A stretch of DNA of 64,000 bases from Octopus vulgaris (taxonomy: Eukaryota): NCBI GenBank assembly GCA_951406725.2, contig OX597828.1, positions 35,712,001 through 35,776,000 on the forward strand. The letters are read 5' to 3'. This document shows, piece after piece, positions 13,937-26,983 of the stretch. A program made the translations under genes and the position numbers. Within the stretch, counting starts at the first letter, position 1. Each line of letters starts with the position of its first letter. The notes under the pieces are model-generated. The model saw only the letters and a program-made list of their open reading frames with translations. It had not been told where the DNA came from and made no database searches.

Positions 13937-14807
13937 CAGGGTGCAATGGGTAAATTGTTCCCATTTTATATTTTTAATTTCGCCTATTGTTTGTTTTTGA
14001 TTTTGTTGACTACACAGTATAGTAGGGTCAGTTGGGCATTGTCTGTGAGAAAAACAGTACCATGACACAATTCACTCTGCCAGAAATTTGGAAACAACAT
14101 GCTGTACTGCTTGACATTCATGCTGGAAGCTCCAATATAAACATTTCAGAGTGTTTGGATGTCAATCTGAGGACAGTGCATGTACCAAAAGAGATAAAAA
14201 TCCAGCCAACATCATGGTGTTTTGAATGATCTATCACTAGTGATGGTGATGTTATGCCTCCATTCATCTTCCCACATGAGCTCAGACTCAACACAGAGGC
14301 CTACATCAAGTGCCTGGAGGCAGTTGTGCTGCCCTATGCGAAGAGGGTGGCTGATGGAAGACCCTATGTCTAGCAACAGGACTCTGCACCATGCCACACA
14401 AGCAGGAGATGCCAGTCATAACTGTCAGACAATATCTGTGACCACATCACCCCTAACATCTGGCCACCTAACTTCCCACACTGCAACCCCCTTGATTATT
14501 ACGTGTAGGGTACAGTTGAGTAAGAGACCAACAAAACTTCTTGTAACACCAAAGATGAACTGAAGGCAAGGATTATGGCAGCATTCACCAACTTAAACAA
14601 GGAGACCATCCAGAAGAGTTGCAAGAGATTCCAAAGTCATCTAGAGGTCGTGGTTGGAACCAATGGTGATTTTATTAAATAAATTTATTCTTTAGTATTT
14701 CAAGATATTTTTATATATAATTTTGGTAAATATATCTGTTAAAATGAAATGTCAGTGTTATTTTCATGTTTGCCTAATTTATACGACAATATATTCACCA
14801 CACCCTG
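13937..14807 (+). mobile_element. Deleted Tc1/mariner element of DD37D (maT) type with TIRs and TA TSD
   Basis: Termini ta|cagggtg...caccctg|ta. Decayed QQDSAPCH...WPPN...NPLDYYV has 37 residues between the two Asp. Confidence 0.85.
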
Positions 14808-14809
14808 TA

Positions 14810-14854
<45 letters not shown>

Positions 14855-15275
14855 GGCAAATTTGCAGTAAAGATTTCTGTTTGAAATGAATTTTTAAATA
14901 TATTGGAAATACAAATATACTTGAAATAAGGACCATGCTTATGGTTTAATATTTCTTCAATATGAAATATAAAATATTCAAATACTTAAAACAGGCAAAA
15001 TGATTTTATTAAAAAATTTGCTTGTTACTCATCTTCGACTTTCCAAAATATATTTCTATTGTTTTTTTTTTCTTTGTTGTATTATCAAAGAGAAGGACAA
15101 CACTCATGGCTTTTTAAAGTTGCTAAGACTTGTGGAACGAACTTATCCACACAACAGGGCCACATGACCCAAATGCTTGTAATAAAGAGGAATTTGCAAA
15201 AGACACCCAAGAACCAGATGGAAGTACACTATTGGGAAATAGATTATCTGTTGGTCTATCTATATAAACACACGT

Positions 15276-15322
<47 letters not shown>

Positions 15323-15829
15323 TGTTTATCTAAGCCAGGCACAAGCAATAAACACCACCACCATCATCATCCTCTAATGCCCATTCTCCATGTTGGCATG
15401 AGTTGGAAAGTTTGACAGGATCCTGCAAACTGCAAGGCCACATCAAGCTCCAATGTCAGCTTTGACATGGTTTCTATGGCTGGATATCCTTCCTAATGCC
15501 AACCACTTTACAGAATGCACTTTGTGCTTTTTTCAAGCTATCAACACATACACAATCTATAAATGCAGTCCTAGTTTTGCACGTCTGACATTTCTCTTAA
15601 AACTGGAATGGAGATTTCTGAATAGTCTCTACTTTATCCTGAACATGAATATTAATATATAGTTAGTTAAAGAATCAGGAGACCTCTGCTTCTTTGAAAA
15701 AGGTAAAACCTCCTAGAAAGCAAAAAGAATTATTCCTTCAGAATAGAATTTCTGTGCATAGTGTGTCTATGAGTTTAGCAGGATCTAGATAGTGCACTGA
15801 TTGGTGCATTGTAAGGTGCACACTCTTAC

Positions 15830-18800
15830 CTTGTAGTTTAACAGTTTGAGGAATGTTTTCAGAGACTGCTGTTTGTTTTATTAATGGTGTTTGCACGGCA
15901 GTTTTGAATACTGGCTCAAGTGGCTCTTCATAAAACGGCGACAAAGCTGGCTTTTCGGGGACTATTGGAAGACTTCGACTTATGGATTTCTGTTCTTCAA
16001 CAATAATATCTGGATGGTACTGTTCGATATTTGTTTCTCGTGGAAAAGGAATTGATGGTAGAGATCGACTACTATCTGGACTTTCAGCAACAACTGGAAT
16101 TTTAGGAAGATGTCGACCAGAAGATTCTCTTACCTCTTTTATGTCGGTGTATTGTTGAGGAAGACCAGTTATGAACATTTCAGGTGTTTGTTCAAGAGTG
16201 TTCCCTTCGATTTTCATATAATCCACACCATTTTTTTGCATGGTCTGAGATCCATATGTATTAAAACTGGATTCAGGAAAAAAATTATTTTCACTGTTTC
16301 CTCTTTTGGGAGATAAGGCTGGATTTAGTTCTCTGACAGGTGAACCTATTACTCTTCTGGTTCTATTAGGAGAAACTGGAGGTGAAACACTATGGTGATC
16401 ATTAAGGCCACTTGAAGAATCTTCGAAAGGTGTTGATTTCAAGGTTTCATTTAACTTATCTGCATTAGGAGATGTCATCGAACCTCTTGGTGTTGGTAAG
16501 GTTCTACGTTTCGGTCGAAAGTTATCTTCTTGATTACTTGTATCACTTTCTGACAAGGGTGAGCGAGACCTTCTAGGAAGTGGTTTCGGCTTCCCATCTT
16601 CTATAATAGGAAGTGATCTTTTCTGTGATAAGGGTTGTGCACTGGGATTTTTCATGAGTTCCTCTGGAGCTGTATGAGATACTAAAGTGTGTTCAGGTTT
16701 TATTGCTGTATCAAGTGTTATTAAATCTTCAGAGCTTCTTACAAAGACAGGATCGTTATCTAATTTACAATCAATTCTATTCCACTTGATAGGTGCCACA
16801 TTTTCTTTTTCTATTGGATCAAAATCTAACAGATTTTGATCTTTGTTATCATCCAAATCAGATGTTCTAGCAGAATGAGAAGGTTTCTTTTGAGTTATTT
16901 CCAAAATGCTTTCACTTATTACAGGTTTGTTCTTGGGTATTTCTGTAGAAAATTCTTTAAATTCCACATCATCATTGAGCTGCCCACTCTCTGTATTAGG
17001 CAACTTTGTGTTACATTGCCAGATTCCCAAAGTTGTTTCCTCGTTCTTATCAGGAGTCTTTGTTATTGACAACTGACTCATGTCTCGAGATTTCTTTACC
17101 TGTGGAACAATTTTTTCTTCATCAAATATTTCTTGCAAATAACTAATGCCATAGCTTTTCTGTTTAGTTGAGTGATTACCTCTTGTCTTGTTCTCCTCAG
17201 TGTTATCATCTTCCATGCTTACTGGATGCAATTTGGGCAGTTTCTGAATGTTCATAGAATATCTTGGTTTTTTCACAACAGGAACAATAGCGTCTTCATT
17301 CATTGTATTTGTGTTAGGACTTGAATTAACAGCACCATACTTTTTATTCATTAATTTCGATTCCAAAAATGTTGGTTTTATCAGTAATTCTTGAATAACA
17401 GATACATTAGTTATGGAATTTCCTGGACGTTTGTCAGTAGAACGAGATGTTTTTGGAGAAGTTCCATCAACTGTCAGAACATCAAGATCATCCATTTGAT
17501 ACTTACTTTGATCATTATCTTTATTATGTAAGAGTTTCTGTCTTGGAGCGGGTTTTGGCCGAGCAAAATTACCAGATTTCTGCATTGGTTCAATCACTGG
17601 TTCTGCTACAAAACCTTTCTCGGGTAAGAAATTACTTTTTAAAGTCATTTTTACATTGGGTTTAGAGTTTAATTCCTCTGTTTTTTCTATAACCAAAATG
17701 TCATCCATACTTAAAGTATTATTGTTAACACTTTTAGGTGCTTTAAAATCTGATGCAAACCTGTGTTTATGAACAGCCTGAACCAGTTCTTCAACTGCTG
17801 CAGGCTTAGGTGAGGAATTTTGAGCTGCTTTCATATTCACAGCACGGATCTTTTCTGTCACACCATTGCCAGTCTTAATTTCAACTCGCCTCGATTCCTT
17901 ACTTTTCTGTGGTGGAGAACTATATCGTTCAACAAGTGATCGAACAGATTTTGCTTTAGCAGGAATTATCAAGTCTTCTTTGGCAATGTTTCCAGATGGT
18001 ATAGTCGTGTTCTTGGTGGATTTTTTAACCCAAACTGACTTGTCCTTCTCTTCAGGGTCAACCAGATCCATATCCCCAGGCTTTGGGAAATAACGTAAGG
18101 CTTTTCTAGGACTAGCTTGTGGAGGAACACTGTAATTCATAATTCTAGAACTTTGCAATGGTACAATTACATCTTCTTGGATATCCATAGGGGACTGGTT
18201 CCTATTTGTGCTATTTTGGATCACAGAATTCTGAGCTTTGGAAATGTATTGCTTTTTAATTGGTTCTGCATGGTCTTGTAAAATGTCGGGAAGAGCTCTT
18301 TTCTCTACTTGGATTTTAGGAGAGTCTGTCTTCATTGGTTCAGACCGGGTCAAGGAAACATTGCTTGGTTTTAGATTATCTTCCTTATAGTTGCTGCTGC
18401 TACTGCTGCTGCTGAAGCCGCTGGATATACTACTCATACTCATACTATCAGCTGCATCCTGGTTGTTGGTCCCAAAAATGTCTGCATAATTCCTTGTATT
18501 ATTCGGCTTTATTTCAGTGATTTGCTGAAGGTCTTCATTGAGAGTTTTCTCCACATGAACAGGTTTATCTAGGCTGGGTTTAGCATTAATCTCTAAAGCA
18601 CATTGGCCTTTATCTCTAATACTAGGCTGTTTAAAGAAATTAAAATTACTATCCTTTGTTAAGCTATTGCTTGAATTGTCGATGTCTGTTTTAGCTTTGT
18701 CAAAAACCGTTTTATCTTTAGTTTCCACCTTTGATAATGAGCCTATACTTGTGATAGAAGAAATTTTTACTGGTGCCGTGAGACCAATTCCATTTTGATT

Positions 18801-18832
18801 TGTGCTGTTTTCCCTTCCAAATTTATCAGCAT
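15830..18832 (-). CDS. Giant symmetric exon (3003 nt), low-complexity and disordered, with SH3-ligand-like motifs
   Basis: Lies within the 1046-aa ORF. Acceptor ctaacttaatttcctcag|AT with a CTAAC branch point, and donor CAAG|GTAAGA. Phase 1 to 1. Confidence 0.88.
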
Positions 18833-19159
18833 CTGAGGAAATTAAGTTAGGGTGAGGTAACACACTTTGATATTTCATTTTGGTTTAACAATATATAATC
18901 TGGGGGTGGGAGGAGGAGAGATGGGGATTTCATAAAAGAAAGCAAAGAAACGATTTAATCCAGAAAGCAAAACTTGAAAGGAAAAAAAGGAAATGAGAAA
19001 TGAAAATAAGGCAGTTCCAGGGGACTAAAAAGAGGAAGCAAATATATATATATATATCATTACAGTTAGCATGGAAATTATAAAATAGGCCAGATTATCA
19101 CATCAATTAACAATAACAACAGCAACATAAAATAAAACATTCTTTTTAAAAAAAATAAG

Positions 19160-19229
<70 letters not shown>

Positions 19230-21252
19230 GCAGCAGTAAGCTTAAGTGAATAGTCACAATGAAGAAAACAGCTTGTAATTAAAAACCTGTAATTCAAGTG
19301 AAAAAAAGCACACAATAAACTCCAGTAAATAATAAATTTATATATATATGTGTGTGTGTGTAGAACTTTGTCATATAAAACAAAAAAAAACAGCTTAAAT
19401 TATATATTTATATATGTGAGCCCTTTGTGTCTCTTTCATATTCCTTGATTTCAAATTCTTATTTCTAATTCCACTTCGTTGTGAGGAGTTAGTTATCTCC
19501 CTTTGTATTAGTGGCCATCCTGAGGGAATGAATAGCTAAAACTTTGACAGATTTCTTTGCTTTGTCTTTTTCCAGGATTTTCTTTCCTGGAAAATCGGAA
19601 TCTAGTTTCCTGTCGGAATTATTATGATGGATGCTGCCAGATCAATACAGTTTGCAAGCCAAAATACAAAAACTGAAATGCAGTTTGCAAGCCTAAAGAG
19701 GCTGCATGCTGTCACCTGATCTGTTAGAAATAGGAGTTAGTTTTCTCTCAAATATCACCCTTATTTTCTCTCAAATCTCTGAAAAAAAACAGAAAGGGAC
19801 AGAACACATTGGGTAATGTAGTCCTACATAGACAATAGATGAGAGAAGTATAGGACAGTCATGGTTGAATCATTTTTTCATCAGAAGCTTATTACAAAAT
19901 ATTAGCAACAGAGCTTTCAGGATTATATCTCTGTATATGTTGTTATTATCTAGCTCTCCACCCATGCCCCACCCCAGTAAGTCTGATAAAAAAAAAACTC
20001 ATAATCAAAAGTAATTCCATTTGTGACCATCCCTTCTCTTTAAAGGTTTACCAATATGTAAATATATCTTTTCCTTTTGGTTTTTGGGGTTTTTTTTTTT
20101 AAGATTGCAGAGTATCATTTGAGGGAGATGTGGTTGCTATTTCTAACTGATGGAGTGATGATACATGTGTATGTGTGTGTATTAAAGACCTCCCTGTTGG
20201 TGTAAGAAGACTTCCTCCTTGCCTTGTCTTTGTATACACTGCTACTGCTGTTGCTGATGATGATGATGATGATGAGATGATGATGATGATGATGATGAGG
20301 AGGAGGAGGAGGAGGAGGCTTAAACAGGTCATTACTGATGGAGTAGACCAATAATGAATGGCATTCCAGCTCTGGCCATCCCATCTTTTTTTAAATCTAT
20401 TCTCACACTACAATTAAGTAATGGATGCTTCCTTTTTTTTTTTTTAAACAATGCTATTTGAAGAAAATTTGGTTATTATTTCTATCTAATTCAGTAACTG
20501 CTAAGAGGCTCAACTATCAACTCATGTTTGTCAAATGTAAATGTGGTAAAGAAAGACAAATAAATACACAAAAACAAAAGGAAAACAGCAAACTCAAAAT
20601 ATTAATTAAAAGTAAGACTGCAAGAAATTAAGCAAATCTCATCCGGCTTCTACCTTAACTACTTTCCTTCAATGATTCCTAAATGGCCCACCACTGCAAA
20701 CTGGTAGGCAAGACTTAGTAAAACTGGATCAGATGTTAAATGTAGGCTTCTGTTCAAAGTACTCATCAAAACTTGTATTAATTAAAGCTTAAACTAATTA
20801 TGAGCAAACCACAGCCCATGGGACTTTCTGAATGACATACCTTACAAAATATTACCTTGATTCTTTTTGTAGTAGAATGGCTCTCCTGATGATGAGCTAA
20901 GTCTCATGTGGCCCACTTCTTGAAAAAGGCCACCCTTGCATGACTTACACACATATGGTTTGTGTACATGTTACAGGTATATACAAGTATATGCAGAATA
21001 TAAGGTATACCTGCAAATAACACAACAGAGTTAAAGAACTGGTATGATTCCCAAAAAGGGTTGTTCTTTACCAAAGAGTGCTTCCTTTATTTCTGGCTAG
21101 GAGGAGAAAACTCCCTGGAAACCATATACATGTGACAACAGCCCATCTACATCCTTGCCTCTGCATAGACTGGCTGGTATGCCACAAAATGTAGCAAGGT
21201 GTTTCACAAGATGTTGTCAGGTATGTCATACATGTGTGTATATATACATACA

Positions 21253-21331
<79 letters not shown>

Positions 21332-21360
21332 GTATGTATATTTCTATATATATATATATA

Positions 21361-21402
<42 letters not shown>

Positions 21403-21449
21403 TATTTGTTGTGCAAGAATTTTTATGTGAAGTCGTGTGTTGAAACAGA

Positions 21450-22280
21450 TATTGTTATATTTTCGGAATAGTCATATTGCCAGTTTAGCCAATAAAAACA
21501 CACGCACTATATATTTGGTGTTATTTTGCTTTCAGTGTTATTTATTTTTTACATTAATCTTAATCTTATTTCGGCCAGAGTTCTTTCATCACACTCCTGT
21601 GACTGCATCAGTGGTCCTTTGTTTTCTTCTTTATTATTTGTATCTCTCCTTACTAACCGTCAGCCATTTTGTATTTCTATTCTATGTTTTCATTTGTGCA
21701 TGCTTATATCTCTATGTGCATCTATGTTTATTTAGTGTGTGTATGTGGGGGGATGCCTGTAATATTTGTATCTTCTGTTTATATACGTTCATGAAATTTG
21801 TATTTTGTTTTTGTTGTTGTTGTTTTTGTTTATTCTTATTTTGTTCATGTGTTTACATCCACTTATTATTATCATTACATATGCTTGTATGTATGTATAA
21901 CAACAATACTAGTAAGAATAATAATAATAAATCGAATCGAAAAAAAAAAATACTAATTACATGAACGTATATAAACAGAAGATACAAATATTACAGGCAT
22001 CCCCCCACATACACACACTAAATAAACATAGACGCACATAGAGATATAAGCATGCGCAAATGAAAACATACAATAGAAATACAAAATGGCTGACGGTTAG
22101 TAAGGAGAGACACAAATAAGAACGAAGAAAACAAAGGACCACTGATGCGGTCACAGGAGTGTGACGAAAGAACTCTGGCCGAAATAAGATTAAGATTAAT
22201 GTAAAATATAAATAACACTGAATCAAAATAACACCAAATATAGATGCATGTGTTTTTATTGGCTAAATATATATTCCGAA

Positions 22281-22290
<10 letters not shown>
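21450..22290. repeat. Long inverted repeat (~340-bp arms, ~155-bp spacer); foldback/MITE-like, between (TA)n tracts
   Basis: ~21450-21798 is the reverse complement of ~21955-22290. The ORF track shows mirror-image peptides. Confidence 0.93.
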
Positions 22291-22324
<34 letters not shown>

Positions 22325-22327
<3 letters not shown>

Positions 22328-23200
22328 TGGGTGTTACAAAAACTTTGAGATCATTTGAAATGTCCATACCGGAGTGACTACAAAGTTAAGAGAAATGAAG
22401 CTTAATAGGCTTAACTTGGAACATAACAAGTTTTATTCTACAGATTTCCAACGAAAACTTCTGTGATATGATAATTTTATAATGCTCCAAAGTTATCACG
22501 GTTCTTTGAGATGGCGCAAAACACATTCACTTTTGGTGAATCCCTTTCATGTTCAAATGTGTCTTGTGGATTTTCTTCACCCCAAATGCGAACATTATGC
22601 TTGTTCCCTTTGCCATTTGTATGAAATGTGGCCTCGTCATTGGAAACAAGACGGTTTTCAAAGTTCGTCGTCTTCAAGTTTCTCTTGCATATCTTCACAG
22701 AATGTTTTACGCTTTTGCTTCTCAACTGACTTTAAAGACTGCACAAGCTGAAGCTTATAAGGGGTCAGCCACAAGCGTTTTCTTATGACACGCCAAACAG
22801 TTGACTTGGGGGTCCAGGTATCCAGGCTTGCTCTTCGCACAGATTTCTTTGAACTCTGACTAAGCATTTCCTGAAATTGGTTCACCATCTGTTCTAAAAC
22901 TGCTGGCTGTCCAGTTCCTTTTCTCTGGCACAAACAGCCTTCCTCTTGGAACTTCTTATGCCACATCCAAATCTGCTTCCCTGTTGGTGCTTGTTTATGA
23001 AATCTTCTAACAAATACTCGTTGCACATTCACATTTGACTGAGTTTGGGCATACTTCAATACACAAAATGCCTTTTCTCTTGCAGTGAACGGCATGTCTA
23101 ATCCTGGAAAGAAAAACATACAAAAAAAAAATCATATTTTAAGATGTATTGAATTCTAGACATACTGCAAAAAATTTGAGACAATTTGGATGAAAATTGT
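22325..23200 (-). mobile_element. Tc1/mariner relic, probably rosa/DD41D-like (HTH plus first catalytic Asp)
   Basis: MPFTAREKAFCV...VQRVFVRRF...WHKKFQEEG, then a frameshifted DEATFHTNG..NKHNVRIWGEENP...SPKVNVFCAIS. End reads ta|ctgggtgtt. Confidence 0.82.
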
Positions 23201-23235
23201 TCGCGTTATTAGGTGATGAAATGATGTCAAACTTG

Positions 23236-23666
23236 ATGGTTGGACATTTTATTTTTTAATCACTACATTTGTTTCGACACAATGTAGTTCTCCAAGAATA
23301 CAAGTATTTGATTATGTAACCGTTTGTTTGCATAATGAGATCTAGTTGTGTTTCCTCAGGCGATATTCGAGTGTTGTCTCCATTAGTTTAAAATTGTTGA
23401 CTTTAAGGCCATCTCCTCCATCCATGTTGGCAGCACACAACATGAGTCAACCAGCATCTACTAAATTCAAATCATGATGGACGGAAGAGATGGCCTTGAA
23501 GTCAATGATTTTAAACTAATGGAGACAACACTCGAATATCACCTGAGGAAACACAACTAGATTTCATTATGCAAACAAACAGTTGCATAATCAAATACCT
23601 GTGTTCTTGGAGAACTACGTTGCATCGAAAAATATGTAGTGATGAAAAAATAAAATGTCCAACCAT
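23236..23666. repeat. Palindromic MITE-like hairpin (~190-bp arms, ~50-bp loop)
   Basis: Ends atggttggacattttatt and aataaaatgtccaaccat, with complementarity throughout. Confidence 0.92.
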
Positions 23667-24128
23667 ACTCCTTTTGGTTGATTCCAGTTTCTTCAGTTTT
23701 ATAGTCACACATGATGAATGCCCAAACATAAACTTGGCAGTATGTATAATACTAATACTGGATAACACAGGGTAATTCTGAAGGTGGACGCGCTTTATAC
23801 GGTACTCTACCATGTTCCTAATGAAATATACCATAGCTATCTGCATATGTGTGTGTGTATATATATATATATCATCATCATCATCATTATCACCATCATC
23901 ATCATCCTTGTAGTCGTCATCATCATTTAACATTCGTCTTCCATGCTGGCATGGGTAGGACAGTTTGACCAGAGGTGGCAAGCTGGAAAGCTGTTTTATG
24001 TTCCAGTCTGATTTGGCTTGGTTTCTACAGCTGGTTGTTCTTCCTGGTAATAATCACTTTCCAGAGTGTGAAGGGTGCATTCTACATGTAATATATATAT
24101 ATATATATATATATACACACTCATATAT

Positions 24129-24181
<53 letters not shown>

Positions 24182-24742
24182 CACACACCACACATATATA
24201 TACACACACATACTCACACACACACTCATACCAATTCAGTATCATTTTTATAATTATATAATTATTCAACATATAAATAGAAAAAAAAATGTATACAATA
24301 AAATGCAGAAACTACAACAGAAATTACTTGCTCACCTGTGGAGCATTACTCAATAAAATACTACAAAATCTAAGTCATAATCCATTGTTGTCTTCTCTGA
24401 GTCTCAACATTGATTTTTTTTCCCACGGTCTGCTGTAGGTATTTGCTTTGATATTTTGTACTGTTCTCGTTTCTTTTTTTTTTTTTTCTTGCATTGGTGA
24501 CATAATTTGAAGAAAAATGTAACTAAGCAAGGATTTCACAGGGTGAGAAATCAGTGACATTAATACAGAAAGAGGAAAAAAATTGCAATAAGGTGTCGTG
24601 TCTTTCCATTTAGAGGTACGGATCTTTGGTGTCTGACATTTGTGTGTTTCACTAGTTGATTGATATTAATCTCTCTATTTGAGAGAGAGGAGAGAGTGAG
24701 TGTGTGTATGTGTGTAAATATACAAACACATATATATACATA

Positions 24743-24784
<42 letters not shown>

Positions 24785-24894
24785 CATATATATATACATA
24801 CTTATATACATATATATACATATATGTAAACATATACATACACACACACACATATATATATATAAATATATCAATATATATATACACCAACATA

Positions 24895-24943
<49 letters not shown>

Positions 24944-24957
24944 TATCTATCTATCCG

Positions 24958-25355
24958 CTCAGTCGAAGTCGACTCTTGGTTACTCATTGGATCAGTGTCC
25001 TCCAGTCAGTTCTATCCTGGGCCACTTCTTTCAGATTGGCTATGTCCATTCCAGTATCACTCTTGATGGTGTCAAGCCAGCGGGTTCTTGGTCGGCCTCT
25101 TCCTCTCTTGCCACTGACCATTCCGAGCATGATGTCCTTCTACAGGGATTTTCTCCACATAATATGACCGAAATATGCCAATCTATACTTGGTGATCCTA
25201 GCTTCTAGCGACATTTTTGGCATGATCTGCTTAAGAACTTCTCCATTGGTGAGCCTCGCTGTCCATGGAATCCGTAAAAGTCTTCTCCAACACCAAAGCT
25301 CAAATGCATTAATTATCTTCTGGTCAGCTTTCTTTAGTGTCCAGGTCTCACATCC
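24958..25355 (-). mobile_element. RTE (BovB-like) LINE 3' fragment
   Basis: GCETWTLKKAD...AFELWCWRRLLRIPWTAR...YFGHI...[14 protein letters not shown]. Confidence 0.9.
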
Positions 25356-25360
25356 ATGTG

Positions 25361-25449
<89 letters not shown>

Positions 25450-25519
25450 GTGTCTATGTATGTATGGTTGCTTCAAAAGATATGTTGGGCAGGAACCCAA
25501 GGCATTCAATGTAGCCCGA

Positions 25520-25865
25520 TGGATTTCCTGGTGTAAACGATGGTTATGGCTTTGATTATAGAAATGAGGAGGGAACAATGCTGCTGGAGTTCTGTGATGC
25601 AAATGAGTTAATCATATGAAAAACTCACTTCAGGGAATTATCAGCCGCCACCTAATCGCTTACTAATCTAGTGGACATACAAGCCAGATTGACAACGCCC
25701 TCACCAGAAAATGTGATAGGTAGATGCTTGTGAATACAGGAGTTCTTGCCTGGTAAGGAATGTACAATTTGGCATAGGCTAGTGATTGATGACTTCAAAA
25801 TTTGAACTAGACAGACTCAGATACACAAACTTGTCTGGAAAAGTAAGACATGGAAACTTAAATAT
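25520..25865 (+). mobile_element. LINE AP-endonuclease fragment (RTE-like)
   Basis: GYGFDYRNEEGTMLLEFCDANELII*KTHF...SQID, decayed. Confidence 0.75.
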
Positions 25866-26280
25866 CCATTAAGATTTAAGATAAGTTCTAATTGAAGCAG
25901 TCTATTTGGAAGGTAAAGCTAGGTTGGACCATGTTCATCTTTGAGCTCAGATGTTTACCAATGGTTGTTGTGTGTTTCTCTATAATTCATCAGTTCATTT
26001 CCCACATTGACACTGTACATTTTCTTCTGGCTTTTATGCTTTGCTCGTAAATTAAATTATGGACAATATATGGACAATATATCTTGTATCTACATTATTA
26101 CTTTAACTTTACATTAACTAACTCTCTATTTTTGAGTCACCCATTCTAACACATTAGAACATCAGACAGTGTCTTTCAGTAATTAAATTGGCTCTTTGCA
26201 ATCCGAGTTCAAATCCCAATAAGGTCAACTTTCCATTTCATTCTTTCAGAGTCAACTTCAGAGAGAGTACTGGAGTTAGT

Positions 26281-26330
<50 letters not shown>

Positions 26331-26597
26331 ATATATATATATATATTTATATATACACACACACATATATCCCTCTCTCTCTTTCGGAGAGGCACTGAGC
26401 AGCTATACGCACACATACACACACGGCAGTAACTCCCACCTACCGAATTCAATCACAAAGCTCCGGTCGGCTCAGGGCTATAGCGGAAGACACCTACCCA
26501 AAGTGCCACGCAGTGGGACTGAACCCGAAACCATGTAGTTAGAAAGCAAGCTCCCTAACCACACAGCTATGCCCATGCCTACGTATATATATATGTA

Positions 26598-26845
26598 TCA
26601 TCATCATCATTGTTTAACGTCCGCTTTCCATGCTAGCATGGATTGGACCATTTGACTGAGGTCTGGTGAACCAGTTGGGTGCACCAGGCTCCAATCTGAT
26701 CTGGCAGAGTTTCTACAGCTAGATGCCCTTCCTAATGCCAACCACTCCAAGAGTGCAGTGGGTGCTTTTACGTGCCACCGGCATGAGGGCCAGTCAGGCA
26801 GTACTGACAACCACCACGTTCAAATGGTGCTTTTTACGTGGCACA
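26598..26845. mobile_element. Repeat family C with (CAT)n tail, RTE-3'-like (copies ~13735-13930, 15360-15510, 23915-24085, 31350-31820, 34870-35630, 37500-37710, 56080-56730)
   Basis: Recurring catcatcgtttaacgtccgctttccatgctagcatggg...ctacagctggatgcccttcctaatgccaacc. Confidence 0.8.
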
Positions 26846-26915
26846 TATATATTATACACACACACATATATGTATGTATGTATATATATGCACACACACA
26901 CATATATATATATGA

Positions 26916-26983
<68 letters not shown>

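Noticed and set aside
18833-18901. ORF-track ATG at 18878 and an upstream AG at 18900-18901 as the exon start
   Set aside because: The 18900 acceptor is out of phase, and the ORF frame has a TAA just after it. The CTAAC...cctcag acceptor at 18833 fits phase 1.
19490-19640. Short open frame on the minus strand (SIHHNNSDRKLDSDF...)
   Set aside because: It has no good acceptor or donor and ends in a stop; possibly a transposon relic that I cannot classify.
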